Source of the DNA: an uncultured delta proteobacterium
GTDB lineage: Bacteria; Myxococcota; Myxococcia; Myxococcales; Anaeromyxobacteraceae
DNA length: 64,000 nt
Assembly (NCBI GenBank): GCA_963845515.1
Contig: CAWJSR010000055.1
Span: forward strand, 64,001-128,000
Direction of reading: 5' to 3'
In this document: in pieces, positions 39,141 through 46,639 of the stretch
Position numbering within the stretch: position 1 is the first letter of the stretch
Layout: each line of letters begins with the position of its first letter
Notes under the pieces: generated by a model
The model's database searches: none
What the model saw: the letters and a program-made list of their open reading frames with translations, nothing else
What the model was told of the DNA's origin: nothing
Position numbers and translations under genes: made by a program

Positions 39141-40187
39141 TCAAGGGACCTCGTACCACGACGCACGCGCTCGTCCGCGGAGCCGAAGCCGGCCCGAAGC
39201 CACCAGGTCGCGCAGGTGGGCCCGCAGGGTGTTGCGGTTGGCCTTCGTGAGTCGAACCGCGGCGGCGAGCGTGAACCGGCCGTGCTCCCGGGTCAGTCGG
39301 AGCAACTCCTCGTCGAGCGGCGGGAGCGCCGCGGCGACTCGCTCGCGATCGACCTTCCTCGCCAGCGCTTCCTTCTGTGCGACGAGGCAGCGAAGGAGAA
39401 AGGCCACCCACTCGCCGAGCTGGGACTCGTCGCCCTCCAGCGTCGCCTGCGCCCGGCGCAGCGTGCGGTAGTACTCGTCCTTGTTCTCCTCGACGACCCG
39501 CTCGAGCGAGGCGAACGGCACGTAGTCATAGCCAGCGCGCAGCAGGAGGAGCGTCGTGAGGATCCGCGCGAGCCTGCCGTTCCCGTCCTGGAACGGGTGG
39601 ACGGCCAGGAAGCGCACCACGAAGACGGCGATGACGAGCAGCGGGTGATGCTCCCGCGCGACGAGGGCCTCGCGCGTCCAGCCAACCAGCGCCTCCATGA
39701 GTCGAGGCGTGTCGAAAGGGCTCGCGGTCCGGAAGAGGACGCCGAGGCTGCGGCCATCAGCGTCGAAGGCCTCGACGTGGTTGGGGACGGACTTGTAGCC
39801 ACCGCGGTGGCGCTCGTCCTTCTCCGAGAACTTCAGCAGCACGCCGTGGAGCTGCTTCAGGTGGTTCTCCGTGAGCTCCAGCTCGGATGCAGCGGAGAAG
39901 ACCAGCTCCATCGCCGCCGCGTAGCCCGCCACCTCCTGCTCGTCGCGCGAGCGGAAGGACCGGACGTCCAGGCCAGCCAGGAGCCTGTCGACCTCGGCGT
40001 CGGAGAGGTGCGCCCCCTCGATCCGCGTCGATGATCCGACCGACTCGATGGTTGCGACCCGCCGCAGCGCCGAGAGCCGATCTGGCGCGAGCGTCCCCAG
40101 CGCCTGCCAGCGCCCCTTGAACTCATCGATCTCAGCGATGAGGCGAAGGATCTCCGGGGTGATCGTCAGTGAATTCAGGGGTTCCAT
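39141..40187 (-). CDS. fic: Fic-domain protein (class II, autoinhibitory SxxxEG) with C-terminal wHTH
   Basis: HPFQDGNGRLAR catalytic motif; SSTRIEG inhibitory motif. Confidence 0.9.
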   Translation of the reverse strand: MEPLNSLTITPEILRLIAEIDEFKGRWQALGTLAPDRLSALRRVATIESVGSSTRIEGAHLSDAEVDRLLAGLDVRSFRSRDEQEVAGYAAAMELVFSAASELELTENHLKQLHGVLLKFSEKDERHRGGYKSVPNHVEAFDADGRSLGVLFRTASPFDTPRLMEALVGWTREALVAREHHPLLVIAVFVVRFLAVHPFQDGNGRLARILTTLLLLRAGYDYVPFASLERVVEENKDEYYRTLRRAQATLEGDESQLGEWVAFLLRCLVAQKEALARKVDRERVAAALPPLDEELLRLTREHGRFTLAAAVRLTKANRNTLRAHLRDLVASGRLRLRGRARASWYEVP

Positions 40188-41971
40188 CGGCCACATCCGA
40201 TTCCGTATCCGATAATATCCGATACAAGACGGGGAGGCCAAGGTCCGGGCTGCGAACTCGGTCGGGACTGGATCCCGGTGCTCGGCTGGGGCGCGGCGAG
40301 TCCCGCGGCCCTGAGTGCATTCGGGGCCGCGGGACTCGCCGGCACGCCGTCAGAGCTGAAGCGTGTAGGAATACTCTTGGTGTGGCGCGGTCGCGTCGAA
40401 GACGAAGTAGTAGGGGGTGACGGTGGTGTCCTGCGACCCGCCCGCCCACTGGTCCGTGACGAACATCCGCGGGGCGTTGGCGAGGCTCCGCACCATCGTA
40501 TTCTGCTGGACGTGGTGGGCATCGTCCCAGACGAGCCCCGCGGCAGGGTCTGGGCGTGGGTCGCGAAGGCGCGCCGCCGCGACGAGGAGCAGCCGCCAGT
40601 CGTTGCGCCGCCGCCGACCCTCGCGCAGGGACTTCCCGCTCCCGTCGCCTGCGCCCGCCTCGCCGCGTGCTCCACCGCGTACTGCTTGAACGCCCTGCCC
40701 TGCGGGTACTGGATCATCCACGACGTCACGTGGCTCATCGGGAAGCCGCGCCAGCCGACCTGCACGACGCGCTTGAGGATGCGCGGCAGGGTGAAGAGCC
40801 GCGCGCGCAGGTCGATGATCAGGTCCTCGCGCTCACGCGAGCTGAGCGTGGGGTGCTCGAAGACCGCGTGGTTGCCGTCGAAGTCATCCCAGTCGAGGCC
40901 GGTCTTTAGATACGGTCGGTACTGATCGTAGAGCTTCGTGCCAGGGAACGGGGTCGTCATCACGGGGTGGGCAGAGACCTTGAGCTCGTCGCAGAGCGCG
41001 AGCAGCCCGTCGTAGTCGGCGCGGACGTCCTGCCGCCCGCCGAGCATCGTGAAGAGCTGCACCTCGATGCCATGGTCGCGGATGCGCTTGAGCTGGTCCC
41101 TGCGGTGGCTCCCCTGCTTGCCCACCGCCCGATACTCCTCGAGCGTGGCGAGGTTGTTCGACTCCCAGCCCACCATGACCGCGGTGAGGCCGGCGCGCCG
41201 CGCGTTGTCGAGCAGCTCGTCGGCCTGCGCGTGATCGAGCGTTACGAGGTCGCCCGAGCCGAACCACCACTTGCCGCGGACGGTCTTCGCCATCTCGGCG
41301 TAGAGCTCGATGGAGCGCTTGACGTCGACGCCCCAGATGTTGTCGTCGATGCCCCAGAACAGCCGCCGCTTCGACGCGGCGACCTCGGTCACCACCTCGT
41401 CGATCGGGCGGACGCGCGTCTTGCCGCCGAAGAACTCGTGGACGGAGCAGAAAGTGCAGCGGTGTGGGCAGCCACGCGAGGTCTGGAAGTAGCCGTAGAC
41501 GTAGCTCGTGCTCCAGAGGTCGGTGACCGGATGCGGCAGGCCGACCAGCTCGGGAAAGTGGCCGTGATAGACCGGCTGGAGCGTCCCCTCCGCGAGGTCG
41601 GTGAGGAGCGTGGCCCAGACCGTCTCGGCCTCCGCGACCACGATGGCGTCGGCGTGCGCCTTGGCCTCCTCGGGCAGCGCGGTGACGTCGATCCCGCCGA
41701 GGATGACCTTGCTGCCGGCGGCGCGGAGCCTGTCGGCCATCCGGTAGACCCACGGTGCCTGCGGAGTCAGGACCGTGAAGCAGACCGCGTCGGCGGTCAC
41801 CTCCTCGGGGACGAGCGGCTCCTTGTTGGCGTCGAGGAGCGCGACCTCCACGCTCGGGTCCACCTGGCGCGTGAGGCCAGCGAGGTACTCCAGCACCGGG
41901 GGCGCGATGGGGAGCCCCTGGGACATCTGGCCCTTCTCGCCGAAGGGGGGGGAGACGAGGAGGAGGCGCAT
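40175..41971 (-). CDS. Cobalamin-dependent radical SAM enzyme, paralog group member 3 (homology ends ~40650; the tail is probably read-through)
   Basis: APPVLEYLAGLT; SRGCPHRCTFC; IDDNIWG; GWES; HPVMTTPFPGT; GFPMSH. Confidence 0.88.
   Translation of the reverse strand: MRLLLVSPPFGEKGQMSQGLPIAPPVLEYLAGLTRQVDPSVEVALLDANKEPLVPEEVTADAVCFTVLTPQAPWVYRMADRLRAAGSKVILGGIDVTALPEEAKAHADAIVVAEAETVWATLLTDLAEGTLQPVYHGHFPELVGLPHPVTDLWSTSYVYGYFQTSRGCPHRCTFCSVHEFFGGKTRVRPIDEVVTEVAASKRRLFWGIDDNIWGVDVKRSIELYAEMAKTVRGKWWFGSGDLVTLDHAQADELLDNARRAGLTAVMVGWESNNLATLEEYRAVGKQGSHRRDQLKRIRDHGIEVQLFTMLGGRQDVRADYDGLLALCDELKVSAHPVMTTPFPGTKLYDQYRPYLKTGLDWDDFDGNHAVFEHPTLSSREREDLIIDLRARLFTLPRILKRVVQVGWRGFPMSHVTSWMIQYPQGRAFKQYAVEHAARRAQATGAGSPCARVGGGATTGGCSSSRRRAFATHAQTLPRGSSGTMPTTSSRIRWCGASPTPRGCSSRTSGRAGRRTPPSPPTTSSSTRPRHTKSIPTRFSSDGVPASPAAPNALRAAGLAAPQPSTGIQSRPSSQPGPWPPRLVSDIIGYGIGCGRWNP
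40350..40640 (-). pseudogene. Truncated N-terminus of a TMTC-like (WDD) GT-C glycosyltransferase fused to an unrelated tail
   Basis: LLLVAAA/AFATHAQTLPRG/LVWDDAHHVQQNTMVRSLANAPRMFVTDQW...TPYY, then FVFDATAPHQEYSYTLQL-stop instead of the expected RP and further TMs. Confidence 0.55.
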
Positions 41972-42025
41972 TGGGGGATCGAATCTAGCGCCCGCGCGGC
42001 GCGGCCGCTACGTCGCGCCGCCGGC

Positions 42026-43636
42026 TCAGCGGCGCGTGGCGATCGAGCCGAGGATGAGGTTGCGCGCGTTGTGGAACTCGACCACCGGGAGGTCGTCCTC
42101 GTAGGCGCCATCGAACGTCGGCGGGCGCGAGGCGGCGTCGGACAGGGCGACGGCGAAGCGCCCCTTGGCGTCGGGCGTGGCGTTCTCGGCGAGGCTGGCC
42201 ACCTGGTCCTCGACGGGATAGCGCTCGGCGTTGGAGCCGACGAGCACGACGTCGTCGCCCGGGACCCTCCAGGCGGTCACGTGGCGAAAGTTCTTCGCGA
42301 AGGCCCTCAGGACGCGGCTCATGTCGGTGTCTTCCATCAGTGAGAAGTCCACCCACACGCCGATGACTCCCGAAGGCGAGAGTTGGTCAGCAGCGATGGA
42401 GAAGAACTCACTCGTCAGCAGCGCCGCCGACCCCTCCTCCACCGCCCATGACGGGCTCACGACGATGAGGTCGTAGGGCTCACGGTGGACCAGCAGGTGG
42501 TTGCGGCCGTCGGCGTGGAAGTGCTTGATGCGCGGGTTCTTGAACAGCTCCGGGTTCAGGTATCTGCGGTTGGCCTCGATGATCCCTGCGCTGATCTCGA
42601 CCGAGTCGATCGTCTCGATGGGGGTCTCGGCGAGCGCATGGAGCGTGTGACCGGAGCCCAGGCCGATGTTGAGCGCTCTCTTCGCGGGCTTGATCAGGCG
42701 GCTCGTGAACCACGGGAGGCGGGCCAGCAGCGCAAAGGAGGGCGTCTCGCCAGCCTCCAGCTTGCTGCCGTTCACGAGGGTCAACTCCGCCCCGGCGCCG
42801 CCGCGCAGGAGCCAGACCTCGCCGTCGATGCCGTCGTCGTGGAAGAGCACCTGGGCGCCCCCCCCGCTGCTCGCGACCCGCTCGGCGAGCTCGGGCGAAC
42901 CGAACCTGTCCGCGTAGCCGTACGAGAAGGTCGGCGCGGCCGGGGCGTTGAACCGCAGCGCAGCCATGACCGCGATGGCGGCCCCGGCAGCGGCGATGCC
43001 GCCCTCCCGCGCGCGACGCTGCAGGAGGAGGATGGCGAGGGCGTTCACGACGTTCAGCACGCCGGCGATCACGGCGGTCTTCGTCACGCCGATGAGCGGG
43101 ATGAGCATGAAGCCCGCCCCGAGAGAACCGATGATGCCGCCGAAGGTGTTGATGGCGTAGAGCCGCCCCGCCTGCCGCCCGGGCTCGCCGCGCCACTCGG
43201 TGAAGAGCCGCACCGTCAGCGGGAAGGTCATCCCCATGAGCGTCGTAGGGACGCCCATGAGCAGGAACGCGATGATGAACTGGACGGCGTAGAACGCGGT
43301 GAACGACTCGTGAAAGGCGTAGTAGCTGGAGATGTAGAGCGGCGTCAGGCTGCGCATCAGCGGCGCGACGACGAGCCCGGCGACGCCGATCCCCAGCTCG
43401 CAGAGGGCGAAGGCGCGTACGGGATCCTTCACCTTCCTGGACGCGACTGCGCCGAGCCCGCCGCCGACCGAGAGCCCCGCCATGAAGGCCGCGAGCATGG
43501 TCGAGAGGGCGTAGGTCGACGAGCCCATGACGGTCGAGAGGGTCCGCGTCCAGACGACCTCGAAGATGAGGGCTGAGGCGCCGGAGAGGCCGAAGGCGAG
43601 GAAGAGCGTCGGGCGGAGCAGGGGTCGCTTGGGCAT
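42026..43636 (-). CDS. Membrane (MFS-like) domain fused to a spermidine-synthase-like SAM-binding domain
   Basis: SGASALIFEVVWTR, LYAINTFGGIIG, LNIGLGSG, VEIS, DGRNHL motifs. Confidence 0.85.
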   Translation of the reverse strand: MPKRPLLRPTLFLAFGLSGASALIFEVVWTRTLSTVMGSSTYALSTMLAAFMAGLSVGGGLGAVASRKVKDPVRAFALCELGIGVAGLVVAPLMRSLTPLYISSYYAFHESFTAFYAVQFIIAFLLMGVPTTLMGMTFPLTVRLFTEWRGEPGRQAGRLYAINTFGGIIGSLGAGFMLIPLIGVTKTAVIAGVLNVVNALAILLLQRRAREGGIAAAGAAIAVMAALRFNAPAAPTFSYGYADRFGSPELAERVASSGGGAQVLFHDDGIDGEVWLLRGGAGAELTLVNGSKLEAGETPSFALLARLPWFTSRLIKPAKRALNIGLGSGHTLHALAETPIETIDSVEISAGIIEANRRYLNPELFKNPRIKHFHADGRNHLLVHREPYDLIVVSPSWAVEEGSAALLTSEFFSIAADQLSPSGVIGVWVDFSLMEDTDMSRVLRAFAKNFRHVTAWRVPGDDVVLVGSNAERYPVEDQVASLAENATPDAKGRFAVALSDAASRPPTFDGAYEDDLPVVEFHNARNLILGSIATRR

Positions 43637-43934
43637 GTGACAGGTCCAGGGCGCGCAGGCTACACTTGGGTACTGCCCTGCGGCAACTGGGCACAGGTGG
43701 GTTTAGCGTCTACCCCTCCTTCGACCCAGGGCCAGAGCGCGCCCAACGACCGGTCGAGTCGCCATCGCGCGAGGCGCTCCGGGGTCGCGCGCTGGCCGCA
43801 CGCAGGGTAAACGACCGTGGACCTGATGCAGGCGCTCTCACCGAGGGGAGTCCGCCCGCGCTGGCGTTGCCGCCAGGGAGACCGGGAGGTATGTTTCGCG
43901 CCCCGAGTCGTGATGCCCATCGCGATCGGCTCTA

Positions 43935-45290
43935 ATGCGGATAACGTTCGTCTTCCCACCCCTCGGACACGCCGGCATCCAGGACGCGAGCATGCCGCTC
44001 GTTCCACCCGTGCTGGAGCACCTGGCAGGGCTTGCGACCAGCCTGCGGCCAGACTGGGACGTCCGAATCGTGAACGCGAACGTCGAGCCCTGCGATCCGG
44101 GCGGCCTCGACGCGGACGTCGTCGGGGTCAGCATTCTCACGCACCAGGCCGGCTGGGCGTATCGACTCGGAGACGCGCTGCGCGCCAGGGGCGTCCGCGT
44201 ACTCTTTGGAGGGCCCCACCCCTCAGTGCTTCCGGACGAGGCGGCACCGCACTGCGACGCCGTCGTCACAGGGGAGGCAGAGGGCATCCTCGACGCGGTG
44301 TTCTCCGACCTGGAGCGGGGATCGCTGCGTCCCCGGTACGACGGCGGGTTCGCTGCGTTGGACCGCGTCCCGTATCCGCGGCGCGACCTCGCGAAGGGGG
44401 TGTTCCATTCGTTCTTCACGTCGCGGGGATGCCCCCACTCGTGCGACTTCTGCGCGACGCCATTCCTCCACGGGAAGCGGGTGAGGTATCGCCCGATCCC
44501 GGAGGTCGTCAACGACCTCGCCAGCTCCGACCACAAGACGTGGTTCTCCACCGACGCGGACGCCTGGGGACCCGACGTCGACCGCTACACCGCGCTGTTC
44601 CGCGAGATGGCGGGATCGGTCCCGGGGATTCGCTGGGTCGGAGAGGCCGGAAGCCTGTCGCTACAGCATCCGCGCAGCGACGAGCTCCTGAAGTGGGCGC
44701 GCCGCTCCGGCCTCATGCAGGTCTGGATGGGCTGGGAGAGCTTCAGCCCCGAGGTGCTCGCCGCGTACGGCGCGACCTCCAAGTCCGCGTCCGACCGGGA
44801 GGACGCGCTGCGCCGGATCCGGGACGCCGGGATCGACGTGGTCCTGTTCCTCATGCTGGGAGCGCCTGACGAGCCGCTGGAGGAGTTCCAGCGGGTGCTG
44901 GAGGTCTGCGACCGGCTCCGCGTCACGCCTCATCCCGTCATGGTGGTCCCCTACCCCGGCACCGTGCTGTACGAGCGCTACGAGAGCGTCCTCCCCCGGG
45001 GGGAAGGCTGGGACCGCTTCGACGGTCTGCACGCGATCCTCCCGCAGCGCGACGGTGGCTACGCGCGCCGGGAGGGGCTCCTGAAGGATCTGTGGGTGGA
45101 GTCATTCACCTACCGGCGAATCTTCGACCGCTTGAGGAGCCTCTCGTGGCGGGGCTTCCCGTACGCGCACGTGGCCTCCGGCATCGTCCAGTTCGCCCTG
45201 CGCAAGGCGTTCCGGGCACACGTCGCCAACGCCGCCGCCCCGACCGCCGGAGCGCCCGTCACCCGGCTGCCGGGAGGGCACCCGGGGTGA
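43935..45290 (+). CDS. Cobalamin-dependent radical SAM enzyme, paralog group member 4
   Basis: VPPVLEHLAGLA; GGPHPSVLP; GEAE; SRGCPHSCDFC; GWES; HPVMVVPYPGT; GFPYAH. Confidence 0.9.
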   Translation: MRITFVFPPLGHAGIQDASMPLVPPVLEHLAGLATSLRPDWDVRIVNANVEPCDPGGLDADVVGVSILTHQAGWAYRLGDALRARGVRVLFGGPHPSVLPDEAAPHCDAVVTGEAEGILDAVFSDLERGSLRPRYDGGFAALDRVPYPRRDLAKGVFHSFFTSRGCPHSCDFCATPFLHGKRVRYRPIPEVVNDLASSDHKTWFSTDADAWGPDVDRYTALFREMAGSVPGIRWVGEAGSLSLQHPRSDELLKWARRSGLMQVWMGWESFSPEVLAAYGATSKSASDREDALRRIRDAGIDVVLFLMLGAPDEPLEEFQRVLEVCDRLRVTPHPVMVVPYPGTVLYERYESVLPRGEGWDRFDGLHAILPQRDGGYARREGLLKDLWVESFTYRRIFDRLRSLSWRGFPYAHVASGIVQFALRKAFRAHVANAAAPTAGAPVTRLPGGHPG

Positions 45291-45329
45291 ATGCCGCGCG
45301 TCGCCGACGATGGGTTCCGCGGGCGTCGA

Positions 45330-45491
45330 CTACCAGATCGGATAGACGAACGGCGCCAGTGAGGAGCTCGCCACCCACACCGAGAAGGCCGCCGCAACCA
45401 GGAGCACGAGGAGGATTGGTAGGAGCCAGAAGCGCTTTCGGACCCGCAGAAAGCGCCAAAGGTCAGTCAGGGTCTCCAGGAGAGTATTCAT
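45330..45491 (-). CDS. Small membrane protein, DUF5989/SxtK-like (53 aa; absent from the ORF track)
   Basis: MNTLLETLTDLWRFLRVRKRFWLLPILLVLLVAAAFSVWVASSSLAPFVYPIW; typical partner of carbamoyltransferase/SGNH genes. Confidence 0.8.
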   Translation of the reverse strand: MNTLLETLTDLWRFLRVRKRFWLLPILLVLLVAAAFSVWVASSSLAPFVYPIW

Positions 45492-45499
45492 GGCAGTCG

Positions 45500-46639
45500 T
45501 CAGGGAGAGATCGCGCGGAGGATCTCCTCCGCGACGAGTTGGTGGCCCGCCGGGCTCCAGTGGATGTCGCCTGGGATGAAGAGTACGCCGCTCAGCGACT
45601 TCGTCCCTCCCGACCCGGACGCCGTGCGGGTGTCGCCCGCCGTCGCGTCCAGAAAGACCGGGAAGAGATCCATCAGGCCGACGCCGTTACGATCCGCGAC
45701 ACCACGCCAGAAAGCGGCCCACTTCGGCGCCCTGGTCGCGATCTCGACGTGGAACGGATGCGGAAAGATGACGAGCGTGGCACGGATCCCGCGCGCCTTG
45801 CACAGGTCCAGCACCCCTTGAACGTAGGCGTCGAGGTGCCCGAGGGCCCGCCGTCCCCACCGTTCCTGAACCCGGGCGTCGAACATCTCGTACATCTCGT
45901 CGTCAAGTCGACTGGCCGTCGCCAGCCGTTCCCGCTCCCGGTACCGGACGAGCGCCTGCCATGCGAGATCGGCCACGAAGGACCGTCGACGCAGCGCCTC
46001 CCACGTTCGACCGGGCCTCGGCGGCTCTCTGTAGGGAGGCTTCCCCGGCTCCCACTCCTCGAACTCGATCTCGTTGTGCGCGTCGGACGTGTCGATGAAC
46101 ACGAACAGGTCGTCCACCTTCAACCCGACCTCTTCGAGGAGGTACTTCAGCCTGTAGTAGTAGAGCTTCGGGGAAGCACCCGAGACCCCCACGTCGAGGA
46201 CGTCGTAGTGCTCCCGTCCGAGCCGGCGGTCCACGATGCCGACGAAGGTGTCCTCGTACGGCACGCCGATCCCCTCGACGAACGAGTCTCCCAGGAAGAC
46301 GAGTCTCCGCTTGGGTGTGTACGCCGGGACGTCGCGCTCGTCGGCGTCCCGAAGCCCGAGCCGGTTCGTGATGACTGGATAGGTCTGGCCTGGCGCGCCC
46401 CAGCGCTCCATGAACCGCACGCCTGGCCCGAAGCCGTGGTGGTACCGCGCGTCGTACCGCCGGGCGCCGTTGCGGTCGATCCCTCTCAGGCGCTCGGCGT
46501 CGACTCCGGGGCGCGGCAGCAGCGCGCCGGCGACGAGGTCCAACGCCACGAGCAACACCATGAAAGTCGCGAAGAGCGAGGCGCGCGGCCACCGCTCGAA
46601 TCGGCTCGGAGTGACCAAGCCTCGCCTATCCGGGTCCAT
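45500..46639 (-). CDS. Membrane-anchored SGNH/GDSL-family hydrolase or acyltransferase
   Basis: N-terminal TM, TNRLGLRD, FLGDSFVEG, GVSG, DIHWSPAGH. Confidence 0.85.
   Translation of the reverse strand: MDPDRRGLVTPSRFERWPRASLFATFMVLLVALDLVAGALLPRPGVDAERLRGIDRNGARRYDARYHHGFGPGVRFMERWGAPGQTYPVITNRLGLRDADERDVPAYTPKRRLVFLGDSFVEGIGVPYEDTFVGIVDRRLGREHYDVLDVGVSGASPKLYYYRLKYLLEEVGLKVDDLFVFIDTSDAHNEIEFEEWEPGKPPYREPPRPGRTWEALRRRSFVADLAWQALVRYRERERLATASRLDDEMYEMFDARVQERWGRRALGHLDAYVQGVLDLCKARGIRATLVIFPHPFHVEIATRAPKWAAFWRGVADRNGVGLMDLFPVFLDATAGDTRTASGSGGTKSLSGVLFIPGDIHWSPAGHQLVAEEILRAISP

Noticed and set aside
40175..40640. A genuine 150-aa C-terminal extension of the 598-aa radical SAM
   Set aside because: Low-complexity off-frame-like sequence overlapping a glycosyltransferase remnant and the fic start; paralogs end shortly after GFPxxH.
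12191..45290. Classical RiPP cluster with a short precursor peptide for the radical SAMs
   Set aside because: No convincing small precursor ORF, RRE/PqqD domain or peptidase-transporter seen; the only microprotein found is the DUF5989-like membrane peptide.
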